From Dehalococcoidales bacterium (GTDB taxonomy: Bacteria; Chloroflexota; Dehalococcoidia; Dehalococcoidales; UBA5627), in NCBI GenBank assembly GCA_034429935.1, contig DAOUFJ010000023.1:9517-73516 (forward strand): DNA of 64,000 nt. Direction: 5' to 3'. The translations under genes were made by a program, and so were the position numbers. Shown here one piece after another: positions 18,847-30,499 of the stretch; the stretch's first letter is position 1; each line of letters starts with the position of its first letter. The notes beneath the pieces were generated by a model that searched no databases, was not told the origin of the DNA, and saw only the letters and a program-made list of their open reading frames with translations.

Positions 18847-20100
18847 TTATTTTGTCTCCTCGGGGCTGACAATATAGCCGGCTACGGCGCTGGCTGCCGC
18901 TACTGCGGGATTGGCCAGATATACTTCCGATTTGGTACTTCCCATTCGCCCGACAAAATTGCGGTTTGTCGTTGAAATACACTTTTCTCCGGCAGCCAGT
19001 ATTCCCATGTGCCCGCCCAGGCACGGGCCGCAGGTGGGAGTGCTGACAACGGCTCCCGCATTTATAAACGTTTCTATCAATCCCTCTTTTAAGGCTTCCA
19101 GATAAATCTTCTGCGAGCCGGGAATAACAATGCAGCGTACCTGTGAATTGATTTTTCTGCCCTTCAGTATGGATGCTGCCAGTCTCAGGTCATCGAGCCT
19201 GCCGTTGGTGCAACTGCCGATTACCGATTGGTCGATTTTGACGTCGCTCAACTTGCTGACCGGTTTTGTGTTCGACGGCAGATGCGGACAGGCAACCTGC
19301 GGCTCAATTTCGGAGGCATCGTATTCTATCACCTTTGCATAAGAGGCATCGGAATCCGGCTCGTAAACGGTATACTTTCTCTTTGCTTTATTCTTTATGT
19401 AAGCTAAAGTTTTCCTGTCCACTTTAAATATTCCGGCCTTGCCTCCGGCTTCGATAGCCATATTGGCCATGGTAAATCTGCCGTCCATATCGAGTTCATC
19501 GATAGCTTTGCCGTGAAACTCCATAGCCGAGTATAATGCACCATCTACCCCGATGTCTCCTATGGTATACAGGATTAAGTCCTTACCGCCTACCCATTTC
19601 CCCAGCTTGCCGTGGTAAATGAATTTTATGGTCGGAGGAACCTTCATCCATGCATCGCCGGTTGCCATGGCTGCTGCGATATCCGTTGACCCCATACCTG
19701 TCGAAAAAGCACCCAGTGCACCGTAGGTACAGGTGTGAGAATCGGCGCCGACGACTACATCTCCGGGCAATACCAGCCCCGATTCGGGCAGAATAACATG
19801 CTCGATTCCCATCTTGCCGATTTCGAAGTAGTTAATCTTCTGCTCATGAGCGAATTCGCGAACCATTTTCGCCTGTTCGGCGGCTGCAATATCCTTGTTG
19901 GGTGTAAAATGGTCGGGAACCATCACTACCCTGGAAGGGTCGAATACTTTGCTTACTCCGATTTTCCGGAACTCTTTTATCGCTATCGGCGCAGTTATAT
20001 CGTTGGATAAAACCATATCCACCTGAACGTTGATAAACTGTCCGGGAACCAGCGTTTTCTTACCGCTATGTGCTGCCAATATTTTTTCGATTAATGTCAA
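18847..20100 (-). CDS. leuC: 3-isopropylmalate dehydratase large subunit
   Basis: TTG start after GGAG; [30 protein letters not shown]. Confidence 0.97.
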   Translation of the reverse strand: MTLIEKILAAHSGKKTLVPGQFINVQVDMVLSNDITAPIAIKEFRKIGVSKVFDPSRVVMVPDHFTPNKDIAAAEQAKMVREFAHEQKINYFEIGKMGIEHVILPESGLVLPGDVVVGADSHTCTYGALGAFSTGMGSTDIAAAMATGDAWMKVPPTIKFIYHGKLGKWVGGKDLILYTIGDIGVDGALYSAMEFHGKAIDELDMDGRFTMANMAIEAGGKAGIFKVDRKTLAYIKNKAKRKYTVYEPDSDASYAKVIEYDASEIEPQVACPHLPSNTKPVSKLSDVKIDQSVIGSCTNGRLDDLRLAASILKGRKINSQVRCIVIPGSQKIYLEALKEGLIETFINAGAVVSTPTCGPCLGGHMGILAAGEKCISTTNRNFVGRMGSTKSEVYLANPAVAAASAVAGYIVSPEETK

Positions 20101-20291
20101 TTCTGTACTCCAAAAAAAATATTTTCGATATATTAATAATAGCTTTATTTACAGGATAATAAAAGAGCGAATAGGAATACCGGCGCCATAATTATATATG
20201 ATTGCATGGTAACGGACTAAATGACGTAAGAAACATAAGGGGTCGGCATTTCCGTCCGTCATATCCTGTACACGGCTTCGGGAGAGCGGCT

Positions 20292-21818
20292 TTATTTAGC
20301 CGCTTTCCCGGAACTCAACAGTTTGTTAAGGGCGTTAAGATAAGCCTTGGCGCTGGCGACGATTATATCGGTATCGGCTCCGCGCCCGGTATATGTTGTG
20401 CCGTTACTTTCTATCCTGATGAGAACTTCTCCTATAGCATCGATACCTTCGGTGACCGATTTTACGGTAAATTCCGTGAGTTTGTTGGGGACTTTTACAA
20501 GGCGGTTGATCGCTTCGTAGACCGCATCGACAGGCCCTGTACCCAGTGCCGCATCGGCGATAACCGAGCCGTCCTCGCAAACAAGTCTTACCGCTGCCGT
20601 AGGAACCCCTTTATCCCCGCAGGTAACCTGCAGACGCTCCAGTTTATAGGATTCGGTAACCGTTCCTATTCTTTTATCTTCGGCAACCAGCGATTCGATA
20701 TCCCTGTCGGTAACTTCCTTTTTCTTATCCGCCAGCTCTTTAAATGCTGCAAAGAGACGGTCAATATCGGCATCGGCGGGATTATATCCCAGTTCCGATA
20801 ATCTCTCTTTGAAAGCGTGCCTGCCGCTTGATTTCCCCATTACCAGGCAGGAGCCCGGTAAACCGATTGTTTTCGGGTCCATTATTTCATAGGTTCTTGC
20901 CATCTTCATTACGCCGTCCTGATGAATGCCGGACTGATGACGGAATGCATTGCCTCCGACTACAGCCTTGTTGGGTTGTACGGGGAATCCGGTCAATTCA
21001 CTTACCAGGCGGCTTGTCTTATATATCTGTTCTGTATTAATACCGGTTGTTACATCGAACAGGTCGCTGCGGGTTTTTAGAACCATGACGATTTCTTCCA
21101 GAGCTGCGTTGCCGGCTCTTTCCCCGATGCCGTTGACGGTACATTCAACCTGCCTGGCGCCGTTTTTGATTGCCGCCAGGGAATTCGCTACGGCCAACCC
21201 CAGGTCGTTATGACAATGGACGCTTATTTTAGCTTTATTGATGTTCGGGACGTTTTTGAAGATGCCATCGATTAATTTTCCGAATTCATCGGGGATGGAA
21301 TATCCGACCGTATCGGGTATGTTCAGAGTGGTTGCCCCGGCATCGATTACCGCTTCCAGCATTTGATAGATGTACTCTGGATTCGAGCGGCTGGCATCCA
21401 TGGGAGAAAACTCGATGTCTTCCATATATCCACTGGCGCGTTTCACCATATTGCGCGCCATTTCCAGCACTTCTTCCTTGCTCTTCTTCAACTGGTGCAT
21501 GATATGGATATCCGATGAGGAAACAAAGACATGAATTCTGGGGTGCTTAGCCTCCTTTAAAGCTTCTGCCGCCTTATCTATGTCGTTGGCTATAGCACGC
21601 GACAGCCCGCAGATAACCGGGGTACGTACTTCCTGGGATATTAACTTAACGGCCTCAAAATCGCCGGGAGAAGATGCGGGGAATCCGGCTTCGATGATAT
21701 CTACACCCAGCTTTTCCAGTTGTTTGGCAATTTCCAGCTTTTCATTTATGTTAAGCGATGCACCGGCCGCCTGTTCTCCGTCTCTTAGAGTGGTATCGAA
21801 AATAACTACTTTATCCAT
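20292..21818 (-). CDS. leuA: 2-isopropylmalate synthase
   Basis: [41 protein letters not shown], regulatory C-terminal domain. Confidence 0.95.
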   Translation of the reverse strand: MDKVVIFDTTLRDGEQAAGASLNINEKLEIAKQLEKLGVDIIEAGFPASSPGDFEAVKLISQEVRTPVICGLSRAIANDIDKAAEALKEAKHPRIHVFVSSSDIHIMHQLKKSKEEVLEMARNMVKRASGYMEDIEFSPMDASRSNPEYIYQMLEAVIDAGATTLNIPDTVGYSIPDEFGKLIDGIFKNVPNINKAKISVHCHNDLGLAVANSLAAIKNGARQVECTVNGIGERAGNAALEEIVMVLKTRSDLFDVTTGINTEQIYKTSRLVSELTGFPVQPNKAVVGGNAFRHQSGIHQDGVMKMARTYEIMDPKTIGLPGSCLVMGKSSGRHAFKERLSELGYNPADADIDRLFAAFKELADKKKEVTDRDIESLVAEDKRIGTVTESYKLERLQVTCGDKGVPTAAVRLVCEDGSVIADAALGTGPVDAVYEAINRLVKVPNKLTEFTVKSVTEGIDAIGEVLIRIESNGTTYTGRGADTDIIVASAKAYLNALNKLLSSGKAAK

Positions 21819-21975
21819 TTTATCCTTCCTTATAGAAAATATTTATGCTCATACCTGCAGAATCCCCTCCCCTGCAATAGAGAGGGGCCGGTAAGGATGA
21901 GATTATTTCCCATCGAAAGGACGGCAATACTGGAATTATAAAATAAAGAGTTATTCAATGTTTTTATCACTTGTT

Positions 21976-22971
21976 TTATTTCTTTTTTAACCAGGGAATC
22001 ATTTCCCTTAACTCGGCTCCGACCTCTTCGATTAATTCTTCCGATTCCATTCTTTTCAAGGCTCTGAATACAGGATAACCCGCCTGATTTTCCAGAATCC
22101 ATTCCTTGGCAAAACTGCCATCCTGTATCTCGCTGAGTATTTCTTCCATTTCATCGAGCGATTGCTCGTTGATGACGCGCGGACCGCGGGTATAACCGCC
22201 GTATTCAGCAGTATCGCTTACCGAATAATTCATATATTCTAACCCACCCTGGTACATCAGGTCTACAATCAGTTTCAATTCGTGAAAGCATTCGAAATAG
22301 GCGATTTCAGGCTGGTAGCCCGCTTCCACCAGTGTCTGAAAACCTGCTTTAACCAGTGAGGCGACTCCACCGCATAACACAGCCTGTTCACCGAAAAGGT
22401 CTGTTTCGGTCTCTTCGGCAAAAGTGGTTTCCAGAACGCCTGCGCGGCTGCAACCGATGCCTTTGGCATAAGCCAGAGCCAGTTCTTTGGCTTTCCCCGA
22501 GGCATCCTGAAAAACAGCTACCAGAGCGGGTGCCCCTGTATTCTCGGTATAGGTTTGTCTCAACATGTGCCCCGGACATTTCGGGGCTATCATGGTAACA
22601 TCGACATCGCACGGCGGGATAATCTGCGAGTAATGAATATTAAAGCCATGGGCGAACATCAGCGTCTTTCCGGCTTTCAATTCGTCCTTGATGGATTGAT
22701 TATATATCTTCGACTGTATGGTATCGGGAGCCAGCACCATTATCACGTCGGATTTTCTGGCAACGACATCGGCCGTAGACACATCGAATCCGGCTTCCCT
22801 GGCGTTTTTCCAGCCCTCGCTTCCTTCAACCTCGGCGACAATGACCTTTAATCCGCTATCCCTGAGATTCTGTGCCTGAGCATGCCCCTGGCTGCCGTAA
22901 CCTATGATACCTATTACCTTGTTTTCAAGGAGTTTCAGGTCGCAATCATTGTCATAATATATTGTTGCCAT
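21976..22971 (-). CDS. ilvC: Ketol-acid reductoisomerase
   Basis: [35 protein letters not shown]. Confidence 0.97.
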   Translation of the reverse strand: MATIYYDNDCDLKLLENKVIGIIGYGSQGHAQAQNLRDSGLKVIVAEVEGSEGWKNAREAGFDVSTADVVARKSDVIMVLAPDTIQSKIYNQSIKDELKAGKTLMFAHGFNIHYSQIIPPCDVDVTMIAPKCPGHMLRQTYTENTGAPALVAVFQDASGKAKELALAYAKGIGCSRAGVLETTFAEETETDLFGEQAVLCGGVASLVKAGFQTLVEAGYQPEIAYFECFHELKLIVDLMYQGGLEYMNYSVSDTAEYGGYTRGPRVINEQSLDEMEEILSEIQDGSFAKEWILENQAGYPVFRALKRMESEELIEEVGAELREMIPWLKKK

Positions 22972-23017
22972 GCTATACCTTCCTGAAAATATATCCGGTC
23001 GTTTTTAGATGGATTAT

Positions 23018-23548
23018 CTATTCTATCTCTTTTAACGCTTCATTATCAATAGCAGCCGATTTAGCTCCGCCTCTTACCATTGCCACACAGCCTGTCCGCG
23101 CTATTTCTTTTATGCCGAACCCGCGCAGCAGGTTGTACAATGAAGAAAGCTTGTCTTCATCCCCCGTAGCTTCTACGGTAAGCGAATCCGGAGATACATC
23201 GACTATCTTGGCGCGGAAGATGTCCACCATTTGCATGATTTCGCTGCGTGTAGTTGTATTGGCTTTAACTTTAATCAATGCCAGTTCGCGTGTGATGGTG
23301 CCGTCTCCTGTAACATCAGCTACCTTGATTACATCGACCAGTTTTTCGAGTTGTTTTCTCACCTGTTCGACCATAGCTGCCGAGCCGACGACAACAATCG
23401 TCATCCTCGATACGTGCGGGGTTTCACTGTGTCCGACGGTTATACTGTCGATGTTAAAGCCGCGTCTTCTGAACAGGCTTGCCGCTCTGTTGAGAACACC
23501 CGGTTTATCGGTAACCATTGCTACCAGTGTGTGCTTTGAAGTCAACAT
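23018..23548 (-). CDS. ilvN: Acetolactate synthase small subunit
   Basis: ACT domain DKPGVL...RRGFNIDSITVG, EIARTG. Confidence 0.96.
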   Translation of the reverse strand: MLTSKHTLVAMVTDKPGVLNRAASLFRRRGFNIDSITVGHSETPHVSRMTIVVVGSAAMVEQVRKQLEKLVDVIKVADVTGDGTITRELALIKVKANTTTRSEIMQMVDIFRAKIVDVSPDSLTVEATGDEDKLSSLYNLLRGFGIKEIARTGCVAMVRGGAKSAAIDNEALKEIE

Positions 23549-23549
23549 T

Positions 23550-25241
23550 TTATTTGCACCTCACTTTTTTTACAGGTTCTTCGAATATTTCCGATAAGGC
23601 TGCTCCTGCAGGAACCATCGGATATACGTTTTCTTCCGGTTCGACGATAAAATTCAGCAGGAAGGGGCCTTTTTCTTCCATCGCTTTTCTTATTGCCGGT
23701 ATGACGTCTATTTTGTTACTGACGGTCAAACCGGGGATATTATACGCTTCAGCCACTTTCACGAAATCGGGGCATGCCAGGGGAGTGGCAACGTATCTTT
23801 TTTCATAGAACATCTCCTGCCACTGCCTTACCATACCCAGATAGCCGTTATTCATAATGGCAATTTTGACTCCGATTTTCTCTCTGGCAATGGTTCCCAG
23901 TTCCTGTATATTCATCTGGAAACTGCCGTCTCCATCGATGCACCAGATGGTTTCATCAGGGCAACCGACCTTGGCGCCCATGGCTGCCGGCAGCCCGTAT
24001 CCCATTGTCCCCAACCCCCCGGAAGTTATCAGGCTGTTGGGCTTATCGAACCAGAAGTGCTGTGCCGCCCACATCTGGTGCTGCCCCACCCCGGTAACCA
24101 CTATTGCATCTCCCTGTGTAATTTCATAGATTTGACGTATGACATATTGAGGCAGGATGCTTGCAGAATCTCTTATATTTATCGACGGATGTTCCTTGCG
24201 CAGGATATCCATGCGGGATATCCATTCTATATGTTCCGTTTTATCTATGTTCTTGTTCAATGCTTTCAGAACGGTTTTTACGTCACCGACTATGGGAACA
24301 TCGACGCGAACATTTTTCCCTATTTCGGCCGGGTCTATGTCGATATGTATTATATGCGCATTCGGCGCAAAGCTGCTGATTTTGCCGGTAACCCTGTCAT
24401 CGAAGCGCATCCCGATAGCGATGACAAGGTCGCATTCTTCCACGGCCAGATTGGCATAAGCCATGCCATGCATTCCCATCCATCCGTAAGATAGAATATG
24501 GGATTCGGGGAAGCTGCTTACTCCGAGCAATGTGGTAATAACCGGTATCTGTGATGTTTCGGCCAGTTGTTTTAACTCTTCGTAAGCCTGTGATATGATG
24601 ACGCCTCTGCCTGCAATAATCAGCGGCTTTCTGGCTTCGTTAATCAGCTTTACCGCTTTATTGATTTGCGAAGGATGTCCCTGTAGTGTCGGCTTATATC
24701 CGGGCAACGATACCCTTTCCGGATAAACGAATTCGACCTGGCTTGTAAGGACATCTTTAGGAATATCTATGAGTACGGGGCCTGGACGGCCTGTTCTCGC
24801 CAGGTAAAAGGCTTCTTTTATCGTTTTTGCCAGTGAAGCAGTATCCGTTACCAGGTAATTATGTTTTGTAATCGGTAACGTAATACCCGTAATGTCTATT
24901 TCCTGAAAGGCATCCTTGCCAATCAGGTTTCTTGAAACCTGTCCGGTTATGGCTACCATGGGAACGGAATCCATATAAGCATCGGCGATTCCGGTTACCA
25001 GATTGGTTGCTCCCGGCCCTGACGTTGCAATACATACGCCTACTTTTCCGGTTGCACGCGCATAGCCCTCTGCGGCATGGGCGCCACCCTGTTCATGTCC
25101 TACCAGAATATGCTTCAATTGAGGATACTGGGGAAGAGTGTCATAGAAAGGTATGATGACTCCTCCGAGGATGCCGAACATGACATCCACTCCTTCGTTA
25201 ATCAAGCTTTCGCATAATATCTGGGAACCCGTTTTTTTCAT
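23550..25241 (-). CDS. ilvB: Acetolactate synthase large subunit
   Basis: HEQG, TSGPGATN, GVGQHQM, GTMGYGLPAA, GDGSFQM, LGMVRQWQ. Confidence 0.97.
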   Translation of the reverse strand: MKKTGSQILCESLINEGVDVMFGILGGVIIPFYDTLPQYPQLKHILVGHEQGGAHAAEGYARATGKVGVCIATSGPGATNLVTGIADAYMDSVPMVAITGQVSRNLIGKDAFQEIDITGITLPITKHNYLVTDTASLAKTIKEAFYLARTGRPGPVLIDIPKDVLTSQVEFVYPERVSLPGYKPTLQGHPSQINKAVKLINEARKPLIIAGRGVIISQAYEELKQLAETSQIPVITTLLGVSSFPESHILSYGWMGMHGMAYANLAVEECDLVIAIGMRFDDRVTGKISSFAPNAHIIHIDIDPAEIGKNVRVDVPIVGDVKTVLKALNKNIDKTEHIEWISRMDILRKEHPSINIRDSASILPQYVIRQIYEITQGDAIVVTGVGQHQMWAAQHFWFDKPNSLITSGGLGTMGYGLPAAMGAKVGCPDETIWCIDGDGSFQMNIQELGTIAREKIGVKIAIMNNGYLGMVRQWQEMFYEKRYVATPLACPDFVKVAEAYNIPGLTVSNKIDVIPAIRKAMEEKGPFLLNFIVEPEENVYPMVPAGAALSEIFEEPVKKVRCK

Positions 25242-25253
25242 AGCATACCCCCA

Positions 25254-26921
25254 TTATTTAGTAAAAACAGCGCCGGTGCTGGCCGAAGAAACACTTTCGG
25301 TATATCGTGCCAGATAACCAGTCTTGAATCTCGGCTCGTATTTACCAAGGCAGCCGATTCGTTTGGCAATCTCATCGTCTGTAAGTTTCACTTCCAGCTT
25401 GTTGTTCGGAATATCGATACTTATTATATCTCCTTCTTTAACAGCAGCTATCGGCCCTCTGGCGGCAGCTTCGGGGGAAACATGCCCGATGGCAGCCCCT
25501 CTGGTAGCTCCGGAGAAGCGTCCGTCGGTAATCAGAGCTACCGTTTTATCCAGTCCCATGCCTCCCAGTAAAGATGTAGGAGTAAGCATTTCTCTCATAC
25601 CGGGGCCGCCTTTCGGCCCTTCGTATCGGATAACCAGTACATCCCCGGGTTTTATTTTTCCACCCATTATAGCTTTGGTTGCATCATCCTCGGAATCGAA
25701 AACACGGGCCGGCCCTTGATGAACCATCATCTCGGGGGCCACGGCAGATCTCTTAACAACGCCTCCTTCAGGAGCCAGGTTGCCGAAAAGTATGGCCAGG
25801 CCGCCCTTATCGGAATAGGCGGTATTTATGGAATGGATAACATCGCTGTCCTTCACACAGGCGTTTTTAACGATACTCGAAACGGTAGTTCCCGTAACAG
25901 TCTTGAGACTCAAATTTAATCTGGATTGAAGTTCTTTCATCACAGCGGGAATGCCGCCTGCCCTGTCCAGGTCTTCGATGTGGTAAGCCCCCGCCGGCCT
26001 GAGTTTACAAAGGCAGGGGGTTTCTTCGCTTATGGCATTTATCTTGGACAGGGGGAACTCAACGCCGGCTTCATGAGATACCGCCATCAGGTGTAATACC
26101 GAATTGGTGCTTCCGCCCAGAGCCATATCGACAATAAAGGCATTTCTTAAAGAATCGGCATTGATTATATCCCTCGGGCAGGTATTTTCAGCCAGGATAT
26201 TCATAATTTGACTGCCGGCTTCTTTTGCCAGTTCGATTCTTCTTTTATCTACTGCCGGAATGGTTCCGTTACCTGGTAACGCCATTCCCATCACTTCCGT
26301 AAGGCAATTCATGGTGTTGGCGGTGAACATACCGGCACAGCTGCCGCAGCCGGGGCAGGCACTCTCTACCAGATTTTCCAGTTCATCCTCTGTCATTTCC
26401 TTATTAACGACCTTACCGACCGCTTCGAAAACCGAATTGAGGTCGGTTTTCTGCTCGCCGTCCTTGCCTTTATAACGTCCGGCAAGCATCGGCCCGCCGC
26501 TGATAAAAATGCACGGCAGATTGAGTCTTAATGCAGCCATTAACATGCCTGGCACTACTTTGTCGCAGTTCGGAATAAACACCAGCGCATCGAAAGCATG
26601 CGCCTGAGCCATAATTTCAATCGAATCCGCAATCAACTCGCGGCTGGGCAGGCTGTACTTCATGCCGGCATGGTTCATGGCAATCCCGTCGCATACGGCA
26701 ATAGTATTGAACTCGAAAGGAACTCCTCCGCTCTGACGAACGCTTTCCTTTACCGCATCGGCTATTCCCCTTAGATGCATATGTCCGGGAACGACTTCAG
26801 TAAAGCTGTTGACAATTCCGATGAACGGTTTTTTCATATCCGGGGTGGATACCCCTAAAGCATGGAGCAGAGAACGGTGGGGAGCTCTTTCTATCCCCTG
26901 TTTGATTGATTGGCTCTTCAT
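25254..26921 (-). CDS. ilvD: Dihydroxy-acid dehydratase
   Basis: [47 protein letters not shown]. Confidence 0.97.
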   Translation of the reverse strand: MKSQSIKQGIERAPHRSLLHALGVSTPDMKKPFIGIVNSFTEVVPGHMHLRGIADAVKESVRQSGGVPFEFNTIAVCDGIAMNHAGMKYSLPSRELIADSIEIMAQAHAFDALVFIPNCDKVVPGMLMAALRLNLPCIFISGGPMLAGRYKGKDGEQKTDLNSVFEAVGKVVNKEMTEDELENLVESACPGCGSCAGMFTANTMNCLTEVMGMALPGNGTIPAVDKRRIELAKEAGSQIMNILAENTCPRDIINADSLRNAFIVDMALGGSTNSVLHLMAVSHEAGVEFPLSKINAISEETPCLCKLRPAGAYHIEDLDRAGGIPAVMKELQSRLNLSLKTVTGTTVSSIVKNACVKDSDVIHSINTAYSDKGGLAILFGNLAPEGGVVKRSAVAPEMMVHQGPARVFDSEDDATKAIMGGKIKPGDVLVIRYEGPKGGPGMREMLTPTSLLGGMGLDKTVALITDGRFSGATRGAAIGHVSPEAAARGPIAAVKEGDIISIDIPNNKLEVKLTDDEIAKRIGCLGKYEPRFKTGYLARYTESVSSASTGAVFTK

Positions 26922-26949
26922 AGTTTATTCTCCTCAAGTCGATAAAATT

Positions 26950-26977
26950 AAAAAATCCATCCCTCTGGGGACGGATT
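26950..26977 (-). terminator. Intrinsic terminator in the ilvD leader (possible attenuator)
   Basis: Minus strand AATCCGTCCC-CAGA-GGGATGGATT followed by TTTT, about 30 nt before the ilvD start. Confidence 0.7.
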
Positions 26978-27016
26978 CGAGATTTCAGATAAGCCCATCT
27001 CCGTATTTTTATACCT

Positions 27017-27046
27017 AAAATAACATAGACATGTGTTTAGTGTCAA
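27017..27046 (-). promoter_or_regulatory. Candidate sigma70 promoter of the ilv-leu operon
   Basis: Minus strand TTGACA-N18-TATTTT with TG at the extended -10 position. Confidence 0.45.
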
Positions 27047-27078
27047 GAACAGTTGAATCTACGATTATGAAAATATAG

Positions 27079-27519
27079 CTAACTGTGTTTTTCAAGCGCT
27101 TTTATCTTGTCGATGCGGCGTTGGTGCCTACCCCCTTCAAAAGTACCTTCGAGAAAATTGGTCACTATATCTGCCAGCGAATCGGGATTTACCGAAGATG
27201 CCAGGCAGAGAATGTTGGCATCGTTATGCTGCCGTGCCCGCAATGCTAAAAAACTGTCGAAACATAATACCGCCCGGATTCCCTTTATCTTATTGGCAGC
27301 AATGGACATGCCCGCTCCCGTCGAACAGATAAGTATTCCCCGGTCGGATTCTCCGCTGACGATACTTCTGGATACCAGTTCGGCGATATCCGGATAATCG
27401 ACGGGTTCCTCCGTGTGGCAGCCGAAATCTTTGTAGCTGTGTCCTTTCTCGTTTAACAGTTTCATGACGGTTTCTTTAAGGGCAAGCCCCCTGTGGTCGC
27501 AGCCGATTGCAATGCGCAT
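27079..27519 (-). CDS. rpiB: Ribose-5-phosphate isomerase B
   Basis: IGCDHRG, VDYPD, CSTGAG, ARQHNDAN, FEGGRHQRR. Confidence 0.96.
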   Translation of the reverse strand: MRIAIGCDHRGLALKETVMKLLNEKGHSYKDFGCHTEEPVDYPDIAELVSRSIVSGESDRGILICSTGAGMSIAANKIKGIRAVLCFDSFLALRARQHNDANILCLASSVNPDSLADIVTNFLEGTFEGGRHQRRIDKIKALEKHS

Positions 27520-27525
27520 AATATT

Positions 27526-28158
27526 TTATCTTATCCCCTTGTAAAAGTTTTCGAGCTCTTTTCTGGAAACAGCGCCTTCTCTTACTATCACAGGGACATC
27601 ACCTGTGACGTCGATTATAGTGGATACTATACCTATGGGGCATTTGCCGTCGTCGATAACCAGGTCGACTTTATCCCCGATTTGCTTGAAGACATTGCTT
27701 GCCGTTATATTGCTCGGCTCTCCGCTGGTGTTGGCACTTGTTCCCGCAAGAGGGGAGCCTACTCCTTCAATAATATCGATTGTCATTTGATGCAGGGGGA
27801 TACGAACAGCTACGGTACCCTTCCCGCTGGTAATGATATCGTGTACCGATTTTCCTCTCGGCATGATGAGGGTCATTGCCCCGGGCATATATTTCTCTAT
27901 GAAAGGCAGGGCGAGCGCAGGTATATGGTCGACCACCTCTTCAATCTGCGATTTGCTTGATACGATAACAGGGAGTGCCAGGCGGCGGGGTCTTTGTTTT
28001 ATTTCATAGATGCGTTCCAGTGCGGGAACGCTGTTGTACCTTGCTCCGAGACAGTATACGGTATCGGTAGGAAATGCAACTACTCCCCCGTTTTTAAGAA
28101 TTGCTATCCCTTTGTCGATTTGAGCGTTTATATTAGTGGAGTTTTGAAATGACATCAC
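27526..28158 (-). CDS. tsaC: L-threonylcarbamoyladenylate synthase (TsaC/YrdC)
   Basis: AFPTDTVY, IKQRP, AVRIP, TSANTSG, STIID; no Sua5 C-terminal domain. Confidence 0.93.
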   Translation of the reverse strand: MMSFQNSTNINAQIDKGIAILKNGGVVAFPTDTVYCLGARYNSVPALERIYEIKQRPRRLALPVIVSSKSQIEEVVDHIPALALPFIEKYMPGAMTLIMPRGKSVHDIITSGKGTVAVRIPLHQMTIDIIEGVGSPLAGTSANTSGEPSNITASNVFKQIGDKVDLVIDDGKCPIGIVSTIIDVTGDVPVIVREGAVSRKELENFYKGIR

Positions 28159-28220
28159 ATCAAGTCCTGTTTTAACTTGACGATATTATAGCATAATGCT
28201 AATCTGTGTGCTATAAAATT

Positions 28221-29906
28221 ATGAATACAGAAAAATCAAAACAGCCAGCAGATGAAAGTTTCAGGGTAGCCGCCAGCGGAGACATCGAGGTTTCCACTTA
28301 TCTTGAAATTGCCAAGGAAATCGGCGGTGAAAAACCGGTTGTGACTGTAGATGCGGTTTCAGGGGTGGAGAAGGAAGCCGTTGTCGTCATCGATTTCGGT
28401 TCCCAGTACAGTTTGCTTATAGCAAGGCGTATAAGAGAGTTACATGTATACTGTGAACTCGTATCGCACGAAACCCCATGGGAGAAAATTGCGCAGTTGA
28501 ACCCGAAAGGATTCGTATTATCGGGAGGGCCCGCAAGCGTATATGAACCGGGTTCTCCGACTATTCCTGCCTATGTATTTGAAAAATCATTACCCGTGCT
28601 GGGAATCTGTTATGGTATGCAGGCTATGACTCACCAGCTGGGAGGGCAGGTTGAAAAGGGATTGAAACGCGAGTTCGGGCATGCTGTTCTGCATATCAGC
28701 AATATGGATGCCCTGCTGCTGGCAGGTTTGCCTGATGCTATTACCGTATGGATGAGCCATTCCGACAGGATAGAAAAGATGCCTCCGGGTTTTGAATCGC
28801 TGGCGTATACCGAGAATACGCCCATTGCCGTAATGGGAAACAATAAAAATATGTATGGTATTCAGTTCCATCCCGAGGTCGTACATACGCCGCAGGGAAA
28901 GGTCATCCTCGAAAACTTCGTTTACAGGATATGCGGCTGTCATGGCAACTGGACAATGGGGGATTTTATCCTGGACAGTATCGAGAAGATAAAACAACAG
29001 GTAGGAAACGGGAAAGTTATCAACGCCATATCCGGAGGAGTCGATTCGTCGGTGGTGGCCACGCTGATACATAAAGCTATAGGCAACCAGCTTACCTGTA
29101 TATTTGTTAATAACGGGTTGTTGCGCCGTGAAGAAGCGGAAAGAACTCTTAAGGTTTTCAGGCAGAATCTTGGAATGAATGTCATTTATGTAGATGCGAC
29201 CGACCGCTTCCTTGAGCGGCTGAAGGGTGTGGTTGACCCCGAACAAAAAAGGAAATTAATCGGTGGGGAATTCATCAAGGTATTTGAAGAGGAAGCCCAG
29301 AAACTGGGAGAAGTCGGATTTTTGGGTCAGGGGACTTTATATCCGGATGTTATTGAAAGCACTTCTTCGACCAGCAATGCCTCGGTAAAAATAAAAACGC
29401 ATCATAATGTGGGCGGATTGCCTTCCAATATGACATTCAAATTGCTGGAGCCCCTGAGGTATCTTTTCAAGGATGAGGCGCGGCAGGTAGGTATAGAACT
29501 GGGATTACCGGAGGAAATGGTATGGCGGCAACCGTTCCCCGGCCCCGGGTTGGCAATACGTATTATCGGTGAAGTAACCCGTGAAAAACTTGAAACATTA
29601 AGGGATGCCGATTGGATTGTTATGGATGAAATAAAGAAAGCCAAGTTGTACCGGCAGCTCTGGCAGAGTTTTGCCATTCTCACTGATGTGAAGAGTGTGG
29701 GAGTTATGGGTGATTATCGTACTTACGGTTATCTTATTGCACTCCGGGCTGTAACAAGTAATGATGCCATGACAGCCGACTGGGCGCGTTTACCATACGA
29801 TTTGCTGGCGCGTATATCCAATCGTATTGTAAATGAAGTTGCCCTGGTAAACAGGGTTGTCTATGATATAACTTCCAAGCCACCATCGACCATCGAATGG
29901 GAGTAA
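28221..29906 (+). CDS. guaA: GMP synthase (glutamine-hydrolysing)
   Basis: [47 protein letters not shown]; N-terminal extension of about 50 aa. Confidence 0.97.
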   Translation: MNTEKSKQPADESFRVAASGDIEVSTYLEIAKEIGGEKPVVTVDAVSGVEKEAVVVIDFGSQYSLLIARRIRELHVYCELVSHETPWEKIAQLNPKGFVLSGGPASVYEPGSPTIPAYVFEKSLPVLGICYGMQAMTHQLGGQVEKGLKREFGHAVLHISNMDALLLAGLPDAITVWMSHSDRIEKMPPGFESLAYTENTPIAVMGNNKNMYGIQFHPEVVHTPQGKVILENFVYRICGCHGNWTMGDFILDSIEKIKQQVGNGKVINAISGGVDSSVVATLIHKAIGNQLTCIFVNNGLLRREEAERTLKVFRQNLGMNVIYVDATDRFLERLKGVVDPEQKRKLIGGEFIKVFEEEAQKLGEVGFLGQGTLYPDVIESTSSTSNASVKIKTHHNVGGLPSNMTFKLLEPLRYLFKDEARQVGIELGLPEEMVWRQPFPGPGLAIRIIGEVTREKLETLRDADWIVMDEIKKAKLYRQLWQSFAILTDVKSVGVMGDYRTYGYLIALRAVTSNDAMTADWARLPYDLLARISNRIVNEVALVNRVVYDITSKPPSTIEWE

Positions 29907-29931
29907 TCTAAAAAAAGGCGGTATTTTTATT

Positions 29932-30480
29932 ATGGATTCAATGACTAGAGGTGTACTGATATTATTAACTGTATTAATTATTGGCGGTACTTGTGCTACT
30001 TTGATTTATTTTCAGGACGATATATTCGGGCCGCGATATACAACTACCACACAGGTAACTACGGAAACTACTGGTGAAGCTACGATGCCGGCGGAGGACC
30101 TGGCATATATACAAACATTGAACTCTTACGATTCATCTTTAATTGCTGCGGTTAGCACCATTAATAGTTTGCTGGTCAATCCTCTTATAGACAACCAGGG
30201 ATGGGCAAATTCAATGGCAGTTCCCGTGGGAAATGTCCTCGGTCTCTACAATGTAATTGCGCAGATTCCTACGTCTACCAATATTACCATGCAAATGCAT
30301 TATTATTATGTTAACAACGTTGCCGGAAATTATTATACAGCTGTTCAATTTATTACGGCGGCGATTAGCGAGGGGAAAACCGAAAGTCTGGCCTATGCAA
30401 ACGCTTATATAGAAGCCGCGACACAGGCAAGAGCCAAGTTTTTCAACCAGCTGAATGAATATGTGAATTCTTATAACTAA
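29932..30480 (+). CDS. Hypothetical membrane-anchored protein
   Basis: N-terminal hydrophobic helix, Thr-rich linker, amphipathic helical body. Confidence 0.65.
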   Translation: MDSMTRGVLILLTVLIIGGTCATLIYFQDDIFGPRYTTTTQVTTETTGEATMPAEDLAYIQTLNSYDSSLIAAVSTINSLLVNPLIDNQGWANSMAVPVGNVLGLYNVIAQIPTSTNITMQMHYYYVNNVAGNYYTAVQFITAAISEGKTESLAYANAYIEAATQARAKFFNQLNEYVNSYN

Positions 30481-30499
30481 ATTCCACCGGATTACTACA

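Noticed and set aside
20158-20249. Amber read-through ORF (MPTPYVSYVI*SVTM...) in the leuA-leuC spacer
   Set aside because: No pyrrolysine or selenocysteine machinery or recoding signal in the window; the peptide has no supporting features.
20202-20801. Long antisense ORFs (20202-20801, 15231-16076, 22962-23597, 28590-29246, 10874-11524 and similar)
   Set aside because: They lie opposite well-conserved genes, have no recognisable motifs and are typical shadow ORFs.
21860-21890. CCCCTCTC...GGGAGGGG hairpin and a short ORF between ilvC and leuA as an internal attenuator
   Set aside because: No U-tract and no Leu-rich peptide; more likely a degenerate palindromic repeat or mRNA-stabilising stem.
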